DNA from: a virus
Lineage: Duplodnaviria > Heunggongvirae > Uroviricota > Caudoviricetes
Direction: 5' to 3' (one strand)
Length of the DNA stretch: 25,990 bases
IMG/VR virus record: IMGVR_UViG_648276652_000014
Location: 1-25,990 of that record
In this document: piece after piece, positions 9,767 to 19,579 of the stretch
Layout: every line of letters starts with the position of its first letter
How positions within the stretch are numbered: the first letter of the stretch is position 1
Translations under genes and position numbers: made by a program
The notes under the pieces: generated by a model
Seen by the model: the letters and a program-made list of their open reading frames with translations, nothing else
Told to the model about the DNA's origin: nothing
Database searches by the model: none

Positions 9767-10261
9767 ATGGCTGGAACGGCGGGGCGTTCCGGGCGTCGCC
9801 CCAAGCCAACGGCGCGCAAGGCGCTGGCCGGAAACCCCGGCAAGCGAGCCCTGAACAAAGATGAACCTGTTTTTACGCCCATCAAAGGCGTTGAGCCACC
9901 GGAGTGGTTCGCAGAAGAAAATCTCCCTCTCGCCACGATCATGTGGCAACTGACAACCAAAGAACTCTGCGGTCAGGGCCTGCTGTGCGTGACTGACCTC
10001 GCGGTGCTTGAGCGGTGGTGCGTAGCCTATGAGTTCTGGCGACGTGCCGTGAAAAATATTGCCAGCCAGGGCAACACCATCACCGGTGCAATGGGCGGTA
10101 TGGTCAAAAATCCGGAGCTGACCGCCAAGAAAGAACAGGAGTCCGAGATGAGCAGCACGGGGGCAATGCTCGGACTCGACCCCAGCAGCCGCCAGCGTCT
10201 GATTGGCCTGGCGGGGCAGAAGAAAGCCACTAACCCGTTTCTGAAAATTATCGAATCATGA
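9767..10261 (+). CDS. Terminase small subunit (P27-like family)
   Basis: [27 protein letters not shown] is a typical N-terminus for P27-family small terminases. Ribosome-binding site AGGAG lies 8 nt before ATG 9767. The stop overlaps the terL start. Confidence 0.8.
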   Translation: MAGTAGRSGRRPKPTARKALAGNPGKRALNKDEPVFTPIKGVEPPEWFAEENLPLATIMWQLTTKELCGQGLLCVTDLAVLERWCVAYEFWRRAVKNIASQGNTITGAMGGMVKNPELTAKKEQESEMSSTGAMLGLDPSSRQRLIGLAGQKKATNPFLKIIES

Positions 10262-11991
10262 GCCGGAAATCTTACCCCAACGTAAATGCAGCCAATCAGT
10301 ATGCCCGTGATGTCGTGCGCGGAAAGATTGTGGCCTGCCAGTTTGTGATTCAGGCCTGCCAGCGCCATCTTGATGACCTGATGGCGGAAAAAAGTAAGTC
10401 GTTTCGTTACCGCTTCGACAAGGACCTGGCTGAACGGGCCGTGAAATTTATTCAGCTGTTGCCGCACACCAAGGGTGAGTGGGCATTCAAACGGATGCCC
10501 ATCACGCTGGAGCCGTGGCAGCTCTTTGTGATCTGCTGCGCGTTTGGCTGGGTCAATAAAGGCTCCCGGCTGCGCCGCTTCCGGGAGGTGTATACCGAAA
10601 TCCCCCGTAAGAACGGCAAATCGGCAATCTCTGCCGGTGTTGCCCTGTATTGTTTTGCCTGTGATAACGAGTTCGGCGCGGAAGTGTATTCCGGTGCCAC
10701 GACAGAGAAACAGGCATGGGAAGTCTTTCGCCCGGCGCGACTGATGTGTAAACGCACACCCATGCTGACGGAAGCGTTCGGGATTGAGGTTAACGCCTCA
10801 AACATGAACCGTCCGGAGGATGGTGCGCGGTTTGAACCGCTGATCGGTAACCCCGGTGATGGTTCATCACCCCACTGTGCCGTGGTGGATGAATATCACG
10901 AGCACGCCACAGATGCGCTTTACACCACGATGCTTACCGGGATGGGGGCGCGACGTCAGCCACTGATGTGGGCTATCACCACTGCCGGGTACAACATTGA
11001 GGGACCGTGCTACGACAAGCGGCGGGAAGTCATCGAGATGCTCAACGGCTCGGTGCCTAACGATGAACTGTTCGGGATCATCTATACCGTTGATGAAGGT
11101 GACGACTGGACCGACCCGCAGGTGCTGGAAAAAGCCAATCCAAATATTGGCGTGTCGGTTTATCGCGAATTTTTGTTAAGTCAGCAGCAGCGTGCGAAAA
11201 ATAACGCCCGTCTGGCAAACGTCTTTAAAACAAAACACCTCAATATCTGGGTGTCGGCGCGTTCGGCGTATTTCAACCTGGTGAGCTGGAAGAGCTGCGA
11301 GGATAAATCACTGACCCTTGAGCAGTTCGAGGGGCAGCCGTGCATTCTGGCCTTTGACCTGGCGCGTAAGCTGGATATGAACAGCATGGCGCGACTTTAT
11401 ACCCGCGAGATTGACGGTAAAACGCATTACTACAGTGTAGCCCCGCGTTTCTGGGTACCGTATGACACGGTGTACAGCGTCGAGAAAAATGAAGATCGAC
11501 GGACAGCCGAACGCTTTCAGAAATGGGTGGAAATGGGCGTTCTGACCGTTACCGATGGTGCGGAGGTGGATTATCGCTACATCCTCGAGGAGGCCAAAGC
11601 GGCGAACAAAATCAGCCCGGTCAGTGAGTCACCTATCGACCCCTTCGGGGCGACCGGGCTGTCGCATGACCTTGCTGATGAAGACCTGAACCCCATCACC
11701 ATCATTCAGAACTACACCAACATGTCCGATCCGATGAAAGAGCTGGAAGCGGCGATTGAATCGGGGCGCTTTCATCATGACGGCAATCCCATCATGACCT
11801 GGTGTATCGGCAACGTGGTCGGCAAAACCATTCCGGGTAACGATGATGTGGTGAAGCCTGTCAAGGAGCAGGCGGAAAACAAAATCGATGGTGCAGTTGC
11901 GCTGATTATGGCGGTTGGCAGAGCCATGCTGTACGAGAAAGAAGACACGCTGTCTGACCACATTGAGTCCTATGGGATCCGCTCGCTTTAA
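10258..11991 (+). CDS. Terminase large subunit
   Basis: 577 aa with an ATPase region (IPRKNGKS as Walker A-like, ILAFDLA) and a C-terminal nuclease region, in the canonical position after terS. Confidence 0.93.
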
Positions 11992-12002
11992 CTGAGGTAA
12001 TT

Positions 12003-12185
12003 ATGATCATGCTGATTCTCGCGCCTCTGGTGGGCGTGCTGGGGGCGCTTTTGCTGGCGTATGGTGCCTGGCTGATTTATCCCCCGGCGGGGTTTGTTGT
12101 TGCCGGGGCGTTGTGCCTGTTCTGGTCGTGGCTGGTGGCGCGATATCTCGACCGTACACAGTCGTCTGTCGGCGGAGGTAAATAG
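12003..12185 (+). CDS. Small hydrophobic membrane protein (hypothetical)
   Basis: 60-aa ORF with two hydrophobic helices and a GAGG ribosome-binding site at 11993-11996, packed tightly between terL and the portal gene. Confidence 0.4.
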
Positions 12186-13426
12186 TGTTCTTTTCGGGAT
12201 TATTTCAACGAAAAAGTGACGCACCGGTGACCACGCCAGCAGAGCTGGCGGATGCCATCGGGTTGTCCTACGACACCTATACCGGAAAGCAGATCAGCAG
12301 CCAGCGGGCCATGCGACTGACGGCGGTTTTTTCCTGTGTCAGGGTGCTGGCAGAGTCGGTCGGGATGTTGCCCTGCAATCTGTATCACCTGAACGGCAGC
12401 CTGAAACAGAGAGCCACCGGCGAGCGTCTGCATAAGCTGATCTCCACGCATCCCAATGGCTATATGACGCCGCAGGAGTTCTGGGAGCTGGTGGTCACCT
12501 GTCTGTGCCTGCGGGGAAACTTTTACGCCTACAAAGTGAAAGCATTTGGCGAAGTGGCTGAACTGCTGCCCGTCGATCCCGGCTGTGTGGTACCGAAGCT
12601 TAACAGTAGCTGGGAGCCGGTCTATCAGGTCACATTCCCGGACGGCTCCACGGATGTACTGAGCCAGGAAGATATCTGGCATGTGCGCACGCTGACGCTG
12701 GACGGTCTGGTGGGACTGAATCCCATCGCCTATGCCCGCGAGGCAATATCGCTGGCAGCTGCGACCGAAGAGCACGGGGCCAGACTGTTCAGCAATGGTG
12801 CGGTGACGTCCGGTGTGTTGCGTACAGAGCAGACGCTGTCGGATCAGGCTTATGAGCGCCTGAAGAAAGATTTTGAGGAGCGTCACACCGGGCTTGGCAA
12901 TGCTCACCGCCCGATGATCCTTGAGATGGGGCTGGACTGGAAGTCGATGGCGCTGAACGCCGAGGACAGCCAGTTCCTGGAAACCCGCAAGTTTCAGCTT
13001 GAAGAAATCTGTCGTCTGTTCCGGGTGCCATTGCACATGGTGCAGAACACCGATCGCGCCACCTTCAACAATATCGAAGAGCTGGGGCTGGGATTTATCA
13101 ACTATTCACTGGTGCCGTATCTGACCCGCATTGAGCAACGGATCAACACCGGACTGGTACGAAAAAGTAAGCAGGGCGTTTATTACGCCAAATTTAACGC
13201 CGGGGCGTTACTGCGCGGGGATATGAAGTCCCGTTTTGAAGCCTACGCCACCGGGATCAACTGGGGAATTTACTCTCCCAATGACTGCCGCGACCTGGAA
13301 GATATGAATCCGCGTCCCGGTGGTGATGTTTATCTCACACCGATGAACATGACCACGAAACCCTCCGATGGCAGTAAAGCCGGTAAGCAGAAGGATAACG
13401 CCAATGCAGACGAAACAACGTCTTGA
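12185..13426 (+). CDS. Portal protein (HK97 family)
   Basis: 413 aa in the position and of the size of an HK97-type portal. GTG start with GGAGG ribosome-binding site at 12174-12178. I judge the long antisense ORF across it to be a shadow. Confidence 0.88.
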   Translation: MFFSGLFQRKSDAPVTTPAELADAIGLSYDTYTGKQISSQRAMRLTAVFSCVRVLAESVGMLPCNLYHLNGSLKQRATGERLHKLISTHPNGYMTPQEFWELVVTCLCLRGNFYAYKVKAFGEVAELLPVDPGCVVPKLNSSWEPVYQVTFPDGSTDVLSQEDIWHVRTLTLDGLVGLNPIAYAREAISLAAATEEHGARLFSNGAVTSGVLRTEQTLSDQAYERLKKDFEERHTGLGNAHRPMILEMGLDWKSMALNAEDSQFLETRKFQLEEICRLFRVPLHMVQNTDRATFNNIEELGLGFINYSLVPYLTRIEQRINTGLVRKSKQGVYYAKFNAGALLRGDMKSRFEAYATGINWGIYSPNDCRDLEDMNPRPGGDVYLTPMNMTTKPSDGSKAGKQKDNANADETTS

Positions 13427-14054
13427 TGTACCGCTGAGTCTGAAATCTGTCAGTGACTCCGGTGAGTTTGAAGGGTATGGCTCCGTCTTTGGTGTAAAGG
13501 ACAGCCACGATGATGTGGTGATGTCCGGGGCATTTGCTGCTTCCCTGCGGGCGTGGAGTGACAGAAAAGCGTTACCTGCGCTGCTCTGGCAGCACCGCAT
13601 GGATGAGCCCATCGGTGTTTACACCGAAATGAAGGAAGACGATGTCGGGCTTTACGTCAGGGGGCGGTTGCTCATTGATGATGATCCCCTGGCAAAACGC
13701 GCACATGCACACATGAAGGCCGGTTCGTTAACCGGCCTTTCTATTGGGTACGTCCTGAAGGACTGGGAATACGACCGGACGAAAGAAGCCTTTCTGCTGA
13801 AAGAAATCGACCTCTGGGAAGTCAGTCTGGTGACATTCCCGTCTAACGACGAGGCGCGGATCAGCGACGTCAAGAACGCACTGGCCCGCGGGGAAATCCC
13901 CGAACAGAAAAAAATCGAAAGAGTCCTGCGTGATGTCGGACTCTCCCGTACCCAGGCCAAAGCATTCATGGCCGGGGGCTATGGCGCACTGTCCCTGCGC
14001 GACGCTGAGGATGTGGGCTCTGCACTGAATGCACTGAAAAATCTGAACTTCTAA
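13404..14054 (+). CDS. Prohead maturation protease (HK97 gp4-like)
   Basis: FEGYGSVFGVKDSHDDVVMSGAF matches the HK97-type prohead protease N-terminal signature. ATG 13404 has ribosome-binding site AAGGAT and overlaps the portal 3' end. Confidence 0.85.
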   Translation: MQTKQRLDVPLSLKSVSDSGEFEGYGSVFGVKDSHDDVVMSGAFAASLRAWSDRKALPALLWQHRMDEPIGVYTEMKEDDVGLYVRGRLLIDDDPLAKRAHAHMKAGSLTGLSIGYVLKDWEYDRTKEAFLLKEIDLWEVSLVTFPSNDEARISDVKNALARGEIPEQKKIERVLRDVGLSRTQAKAFMAGGYGALSLRDAEDVGSALNALKNLNF

Positions 14055-14068
14055 TCAGGAGAAATACG

Positions 14069-15274
14069 ATGGCGGTTGATATTAAAGATGTCGAACAGGT
14101 CGCGCAGGAGCTGCAGCAGAAGTTTGACGACTTCAAAGCAAAGAACGACAAGCGCGTGGATGCGATTGAGCAGGAAAAAGGCAAACTTGCCGGGCAGGTG
14201 GAAACCCTGAACGGGAAACTCAGCGAGCTGGAAAACCTCAAAAGCGATCTTGAAAAAGAGCTGCTTGAGCTGAAACGTCCGGCAGGTGGTGCGCAAAATA
14301 AACTGGCCACCGAGCATAAAGAGGCGTTTGTGGGCTTCCTGCGTAAAGGCCGTGAAGACGGTCTGCGCGATCTGGAGCGTAAGGCATTGCAGGTGGGCAC
14401 CGATGAAGACGGTGGCTACGCCGTGCCGGAAGAACTGGATCGCAACATTCTTAACCTGCTGAAAGATGAAGTGGTGATGCGTCAGGAAGCCACGGTGATC
14501 ACCGTTGGTGGTTCCGACTACAAAAAACTGGTGAATCTGGGCGGCACGGCTTCCGGATGGGTTGGCGAGACTGACGCGCGCTCCCAGACTGCCACCTCAA
14601 AACTGGGGCTGATTGAACCTTTCATGGGGGAAATCTACGGTAACCCGCAGGCCACCCAGAAAATGCTGGATGATGCCTTTTTCAACGTGGAGGCCTGGAT
14701 CAACAGCGAGCTGGCAACCGAATTTGCCGAACAGGAAGAAATTGCCTTTACCACCGGCGATGGTACCAAGAAGCCGAAAGGGTTCCTGGCGTATGAATCC
14801 ACGGATGAAACCGATAAGGTCCGGGCGTTCGGCAAACTTCAGCATATTGTATCCGGCGACGCGACTGCGGTGACCGCAGACGCCATTATCAAACTGATTT
14901 ACACGCTGCGAAAGGCACACCGCACTGGCGCGAAGTTCATGATGAACAACAACAGCCTGTTTGCCATCCGTCTGCTGAAAGACACCGAGGGTAACTATCT
15001 GTGGCGTCCGGGGCTGGAACTGGGGCAGCCGTCCTCTCTGGCGGGTTATGGTATCGCTGAAAACGAACAGATGCCGGATATCGCCGCTGATGCGAAAGCC
15101 ATTGCATTTGGTAACTTCAAACGGGGTTACACCATCGTTGACCGTATCGGCACCCGCATTCTGCGTGACCCGTACACCAATAAACCGTTTGTCGGTTTTT
15201 ATACCACCAAGCGCACCGGCGGGATGCTGGTCGATTCGCAGGCCATCAAACTGCTGAAGATTGCAGCGGCGTAA
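14069..15274 (+). CDS. Major capsid protein (HK97 fold) with an N-terminal coiled-coil delta domain
   Basis: 401 aa. The N-terminal ~100 aa are strongly coiled-coil (scaffold-like delta domain), followed by a capsid-type region. Ribosome-binding site CAGGAGA. Confidence 0.9.
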   Translation: MAVDIKDVEQVAQELQQKFDDFKAKNDKRVDAIEQEKGKLAGQVETLNGKLSELENLKSDLEKELLELKRPAGGAQNKLATEHKEAFVGFLRKGREDGLRDLERKALQVGTDEDGGYAVPEELDRNILNLLKDEVVMRQEATVITVGGSDYKKLVNLGGTASGWVGETDARSQTATSKLGLIEPFMGEIYGNPQATQKMLDDAFFNVEAWINSELATEFAEQEEIAFTTGDGTKKPKGFLAYESTDETDKVRAFGKLQHIVSGDATAVTADAIIKLIYTLRKAHRTGAKFMMNNNSLFAIRLLKDTEGNYLWRPGLELGQPSSLAGYGIAENEQMPDIAADAKAIAFGNFKRGYTIVDRIGTRILRDPYTNKPFVGFYTTKRTGGMLVDSQAIKLLKIAAA

Positions 15275-15281
15275 TCACTCA

Positions 15282-15301
15282 GGGGCGCGGAACCGCGCCC
15301 C
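15282..15301 (+). terminator. GC-rich hairpin directly after the major capsid gene (possible attenuator or partial terminator)
   Basis: Perfect inverted repeat GGGGCGCG / CGCGCCCC with loop GAAC. The downstream U-tract is poor (TGTTCT). Confidence 0.35.
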
Positions 15302-15323
15302 CTGTTCTGACGGGTGAAGAATC

Positions 15324-15524
15324 ATGATCCTGAAACAAGATCTGAAATGGTCACCGGACGGTATGCGTGTTGAGGTCATTCGGGCCGGTGAGTATGACGA
15401 CGGGGCGCTTCCTGCCCGGGTGCAGGAGATTGCACTTCAGGCCGGGTTAGCAGAGCGCGGAACCAGTGCAAAAAGCAGTAAAGCGGCAAAAGAGAAAAAA
15501 GCCACGACCAGTAAAGAGGGCTGA
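15324..15524 (+). CDS. Small hypothetical head-module protein, 66 aa
   Basis: ORF with ribosome-binding site GGGTGA and a Lys/Ala-rich C-terminus, between the capsid and connector genes. Confidence 0.45.
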   Translation: MILKQDLKWSPDGMRVEVIRAGEYDDGALPARVQEIALQAGLAERGTSAKSSKAAKEKKATTSKEG

Positions 15525-15526
15525 GT

Positions 15527-15850
15527 ATGCTTCTGACAATGGAAGAGATTAAAGCCCAACTCCGGCTGGATGAGGATTTCGATGCTGATGACCGCCATCT
15601 GCAACTGCTGGCCTGTGCGGCGCAAAAGCGGACGGAAACGTATCTGAACCGGAAGCTCTATGCACCGGATGAAACCATTCCGGACAGCGATCCGGACGGG
15701 CTGCACCTGTCGGATGATATTCGTCTGGGGATGCTGATGCTTATCAGCCATTTTTACGAAAACCGCTCTTCGGTTACGGAAGTGGAGAAACTCGACATGC
15801 CGCAGAGTTTTGGCTGGCTTGTCGGCCCGTACAGGTACTTTCCGCAATGA
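15527..15850 (+). CDS. Head-tail connector protein (gp6-like)
   Basis: 107 aa with MEEIKAQLRLDEDFDADDRHLQLL at the N-terminus, typical of gp6-like connector (DNA-packaging) proteins. Ribosome-binding site GAGGG. Confidence 0.65.
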   Translation: MLLTMEEIKAQLRLDEDFDADDRHLQLLACAAQKRTETYLNRKLYAPDETIPDSDPDGLHLSDDIRLGMLMLISHFYENRSSVTEVEKLDMPQSFGWLVGPYRYFPQ

Positions 15851-16257
15851 AAATTCGTCAGGCGCAGACCAGCGCAACCTACATTCTGCCGGACCCCGGC
15901 GAACTGAATAAACGCGTCCTGATCCGCCAGCGGGTGGATATGCCCGCGGATAACTTTGGCGTGGAGCCTCAATACCCGGTTGCGTTCCGGGCATGGGCGA
16001 AGGTTGTCCAGACCAGTGCCACCACCTGGCAGGAAACCGCGCAGACCGGAGACGCCATCACCCATTACATCACCATTCGCTACCGCCGGGGGATCACCGC
16101 TGATTATGAGGTGGTCTGCGGTGACAGTGTGTACCGGGTGAAACGTCAGCGCGATCTGAACGGGGCGCGGCGCTTTCTGCTGCTGGAGTGTACGGAACTG
16201 GGCGAATTTACGCAGAGTCACGGAGGCAGCAATGGCGACTCCCTTTTTTCACGTTGA
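15847..16257 (+). CDS. Head closure / head-tail joining protein
   Basis: Right size and position for a head-tail adaptor. Translationally coupled start (ATGA). Confidence 0.55.
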   Translation: MKIRQAQTSATYILPDPGELNKRVLIRQRVDMPADNFGVEPQYPVAFRAWAKVVQTSATTWQETAQTGDAITHYITIRYRRGITADYEVVCGDSVYRVKRQRDLNGARRFLLLECTELGEFTQSHGGSNGDSLFSR

Positions 16258-16738
16258 TGTTCAGCAGCCCGCGGAGATGCGCTTTAACCGCGCACGTGTC
16301 CGGCGGGCGTTTGTCACGATTGGGCAGCGTCATATGCGTGATGCCCGTCGGCTGGTGATGCGCCGTGCGCGGTCGGCACCGGGTGAAAACCCCGGTTATC
16401 AGACCGGACGCCTGGCTCGTTCGATTGGTTACATGGTGCCGAGAGCCAGTAAAAAGCGAGCCGGTTTTATGACACGCATTGCCCCTAACCAGCGCAACGG
16501 GAAGGGGAACCGGATGATCTCTGGTGACTTCTATCCGGCGTTTCTGTTTTTTGGTGTCCGGGGAGGAGCAAAACGTCGTCGTAGTCATCATCGTGGTGCA
16601 TCCGGTGGCAGCGGCTGGCGGCTGGCTCCACGTAATAACTTTATGGTGGAAACTCTTGAAAAGAACCGCAGCTGGACACGCTATTTTCTGGCGCGGGAAT
16701 TGCGTAAATCACTGAAGCCGGAGCGACGACACAGATGA
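16232..16738 (+). CDS. Virion morphogenesis protein (HK97 gp10-like or Mu gp36-like)
   Basis: 168-aa basic protein in the neck region of the structural operon. Assignment is by position and composition only. Confidence 0.45.
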   Translation: MATPFFHVDVQQPAEMRFNRARVRRAFVTIGQRHMRDARRLVMRRARSAPGENPGYQTGRLARSIGYMVPRASKKRAGFMTRIAPNQRNGKGNRMISGDFYPAFLFFGVRGGAKRRRSHHRGASGGSGWRLAPRNNFMVETLEKNRSWTRYFLARELRKSLKPERRHR

Positions 16739-17295
16739 AACTGACGCCTGTTATTGCTGCGCTGCGTGCCCGCTGCCCGTATTTTGAAAACCGGGTGGCA
16801 GGCGCGGCACAGTTCAAAAATCTGCCGGAGGTCGGAAAGCTGAGACTCCCGGCGGCGTATGTGGTACCGGGTGATGACTCTCCGGGAGAAAACAAAAGCC
16901 AGACCGACTACTGGCAGGAGCTGAAAGAGGGCTTCTCCGTGGTTGTCATACTGAGTAACTGGCGTGATGAGCGCGGTCAGTTTGCCTCGTATGATGTGGT
17001 GGACGATGTCCGGCAGATGCTCTTTAAGGCCCTGCTGGGCTGGAACCCGGAAGCGTGCGGTAACCCGATTACCTATGACGGCGGCACGCTGCTGGATCTG
17101 AATCGTCATGAGCTGATTTATCAGTTCGATTTTTCGGTCATCAGCGAGCTGACTGAAGACGATACCCGCCAGCAGGATGAGCTGAACAGTCTGGATGAAC
17201 TGCGAACGCTGGCGATTGATGTTGATTATCTCGATCCCGGTAACGGGCCTGACGGCGATATCGAACATCACACCGAAATAACCCTTCCTTCCTGA
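16735..17295 (+). CDS. Tail completion / sheath terminator candidate (Mu gp37-like)
   Basis: 186-aa acidic protein immediately upstream of the small DUF2635-like gene and the sheath gene. Assignment is by position. Confidence 0.45.
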   Translation: MKLTPVIAALRARCPYFENRVAGAAQFKNLPEVGKLRLPAAYVVPGDDSPGENKSQTDYWQELKEGFSVVVILSNWRDERGQFASYDVVDDVRQMLFKALLGWNPEACGNPITYDGGTLLDLNRHELIYQFDFSVISELTEDDTRQQDELNSLDELRTLAIDVDYLDPGNGPDGDIEHHTEITLPS

Positions 17296-17303
17296 GGATC
17301 ATC

Positions 17304-17474
17304 ATGTTTGTGAAACCTGTTAAAGGGCGGTCGGTACCTGACCCTGCCCGCGGCGACCTTTTGCCCGCCGAGGGGCGAAATGTTGATGAGAACAACTACT
17401 GGCTGCGCCGTGAAGCAGTGGGTGATATCCGGCGCGTGAATGAAAAGGTGAATACCGATGACGATAAGCTTTAA
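17304..17474 (+). CDS. Small conserved phage protein (DUF2635-like), 56 aa; absent from the ORF track because it is under 60 aa
   Basis: ATG 17304 preceded by GAGGA. Translation is MFVKPVKGRSVPDPARGDLLPAEGRNVDENNYWLRREAVGDIRRVNEKVNTDDDKL, which resembles the small proteins found upstream of Mu-type sheath genes. It overlaps the sheath start. Confidence 0.6.
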   Translation: MFVKPVKGRSVPDPARGDLLPAEGRNVDENNYWLRREAVGDIRRVNEKVNTDDDKL

Positions 17475-18954
17475 CACCATTCCGTCGAATACGCTGGTTC
17501 CGCTGTTTTATGCGGAAATGGATAACTCGGCGGCGAATACTGCACAGGACAGCGGAGCATCACTGCTGATTGGTCATGCCAATAACGGTGCAGAGATTGT
17601 TGCCAACAGTCTGGTGCTGATGCCGTCGGCAGACTATGCACGTCAGATTTGTGGTGCGGGAAGTCAGCTGGCGCGTATGGTCGAGGCTTATCGCCAGACC
17701 GACCCGTTTGGTGAGCTGTATGTGATTGCCGTTCCTGAATCCACGGGCGCGGCGGCAACGGTTACGCTGACGGTGACCGGGGCGGCAACCGAAACCGGCA
17801 CGGTAAATGTTTATGTGGGACGTACCCGCGTGCAGGCACCGGTGACCAACGGCGATAACGTCGCGACGATTGCCAGCAGTATCAAGGATGCCATCAATGC
17901 CGTTCCGGCTCTGCCGTTTACGGCCTCATCTTCGGCAGGCGTGGTCACGCTGACCGCGCGTCATAAGGGGCTTTGCGGGAATGAAATTCCTGTCAGCCTC
18001 AATTACTACGGCTTTGGTGGGGGCGAAGTGCTGCCAGCGGGCGTACAGATTGCCGTGGCGGCGGGGACCGCCGGAACGGGCGCTCCTGTTCTCACCGGCG
18101 CGGTGGCTGCAATGGCGGATGAGCCGTTTGATTATATCGGTCTGCCGTTCAACGACACTGCCTCCGTTAACACGCTGGTGACCGAGATGAACGATACCAG
18201 CGGTCGCTGGAGCTATGCGCGTCAGCTGTATGGTCATGTGTATACGGCAAAGATCGGCACGCTGTCAGAACTGGTGACCGCAGGTGATCAGTTTAACCAG
18301 CAGCACATTACCCTGGCGGGGTACGAAAAAGAGACCCAGACGCCTGCCGACGAGCTGGCGGCAAGCCGTACCGCCCGCGCAGCGGTGTTTATTCGCAACG
18401 ATCCGGCACGTCCCACGCAGACCGGTGAGCTGGTGGGTATGCTGCCTGCGCCGAAGGGGAAACGGTTCACGATGACCGAACAACAGACCCTGCTGTCTCA
18501 TGGCGTGGCAACGGCGTATGTCGAAAGCGGGGTACTACGCATTCAGCGTGATGTCACCACGTACAGGAAAAACGCTTACGGGGTTGCGGATAACAGCTAC
18601 CTCGACAGTGAGACGCTGCATACCAGCGCGTATGTACTGCGCAAACTGAAATCCGTCATTACCAGTAAGTACGGGCGTCACAAGCTTGCCAGTGACGGTA
18701 CCCGCTTTGGTCCCGGTCAGGCGATTGTCACCCCGGCGGTGATCAAAGGGGAACTGCTGGCAACCTACCGTCAGCTTGAGCGTGCGGGGATCGTGGAAAA
18801 CTACGAACTGTTTAAGCAGTACCTGGTTGTGGAGCGTGATGCCAGCGATCCGAACCGCCTGAACACGCTGTTCCCGCCTGACTATGTTAACCAGTTGCGT
18901 GTCTTTGCCGTGGTTAACCAGTTCCGTCTTCAGTATTCAGAGGAGTCTGCATAA
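17458..18954 (+). CDS. Contractile tail sheath protein (Mu gpL-like)
   Basis: 498 aa with N-terminus MTISFNTIPSNTLVPLFYAEMDNS, as in Mu-type sheath proteins. Followed directly by a tube gene. Confidence 0.85.
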   Translation: MTISFNTIPSNTLVPLFYAEMDNSAANTAQDSGASLLIGHANNGAEIVANSLVLMPSADYARQICGAGSQLARMVEAYRQTDPFGELYVIAVPESTGAAATVTLTVTGAATETGTVNVYVGRTRVQAPVTNGDNVATIASSIKDAINAVPALPFTASSSAGVVTLTARHKGLCGNEIPVSLNYYGFGGGEVLPAGVQIAVAAGTAGTGAPVLTGAVAAMADEPFDYIGLPFNDTASVNTLVTEMNDTSGRWSYARQLYGHVYTAKIGTLSELVTAGDQFNQQHITLAGYEKETQTPADELAASRTARAAVFIRNDPARPTQTGELVGMLPAPKGKRFTMTEQQTLLSHGVATAYVESGVLRIQRDVTTYRKNAYGVADNSYLDSETLHTSAYVLRKLKSVITSKYGRHKLASDGTRFGPGQAIVTPAVIKGELLATYRQLERAGIVENYELFKQYLVVERDASDPNRLNTLFPPDYVNQLRVFAVVNQFRLQYSEESA

Positions 18955-19310
18955 TGGCCCGTATCGGGGGAACCTGTTATTTCAAAATTGACGGTCAACA
19001 GCTATCGCTGACCGGCGGCATTGAGGTGCCCATGAACAGGACGGTCAATGATGACATCATCGGCCTGGACGGTTCAGTGGACCGCAAGGAAACTCACCGT
19101 GCGCCTTATGTCAAAGGGACTTTCAAGGTGCCGAAGAATTTTCCGGTGAACAAAATCACCTCGTCTGATGAGATGACTATCACTGCCGAGCTGGCGAACG
19201 GTCAGGTCTATGTACTGTCGTCTGCCTGGCTGCACGGCGAAGCGAACCATAATGCCGAAGAAGGTACGGTTGATCTTGAGTTCCACGGTGAAGAAGGGGA
19301 TTACCAGTAA
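18954..19310 (+). CDS. Tail tube protein (Mu gpM-like)
   Basis: 118 aa directly after the sheath gene (ATG overlaps the sheath stop). Confidence 0.8.
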   Translation: MARIGGTCYFKIDGQQLSLTGGIEVPMNRTVNDDIIGLDGSVDRKETHRAPYVKGTFKVPKNFPVNKITSSDEMTITAELANGQVYVLSSAWLHGEANHNAEEGTVDLEFHGEEGDYQ

Positions 19311-19579
19311 TGAAAGAGCTTGAGTTAAAGAAACCGATTACTGCTCATGGCGAGACACTCTCCGTACTGGAGTTTGATGAGCCTACCGGGAAGGATGTCC
19401 GCGAGCTGGGGTATCCCTACCAGATGAATCAGGATGAGTCAGTCAAACTTCTGGCGCATGTGGTGTCGAAATACATTGTGCGGCTGGCGAAAGTGCCGCA
19501 AAGCTCTGTCGACCAGATGTCTCCGGCAGACCTGAATGCAGCGGCGTGGCTTGTGGCTGGTTTTTTCCTCCAGGCCTGA
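19310..19579 (+). CDS. Tail assembly chaperone (short form)
   Basis: 89-aa ORF immediately upstream of the tape measure gene, ending just after a slippery heptamer. Confidence 0.75.
   Translation: MKELELKKPITAHGETLSVLEFDEPTGKDVRELGYPYQMNQDESVKLLAHVVSKYIVRLAKVPQSSVDQMSPADLNAAAWLVAGFFLQA

Noticed and set aside
12200-13036. 278-aa ORF on the - strand inside the portal gene
   Set aside because: Antisense to a confidently assigned structural gene in GC-rich DNA, where long shadow ORFs are expected. No ribosome-binding site and no recognisable motif.
15437-15994. 185-aa ORF on the - strand across the connector genes
   Set aside because: Shadow ORF opposite tightly coupled + strand head genes; Arg/Pro-rich low-complexity translation.
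16681-17271. 196-aa ORF on the - strand opposite the tail completion gene
   Set aside because: Antisense shadow ORF in GC-rich DNA; the + strand gene has translational coupling and conserved context.
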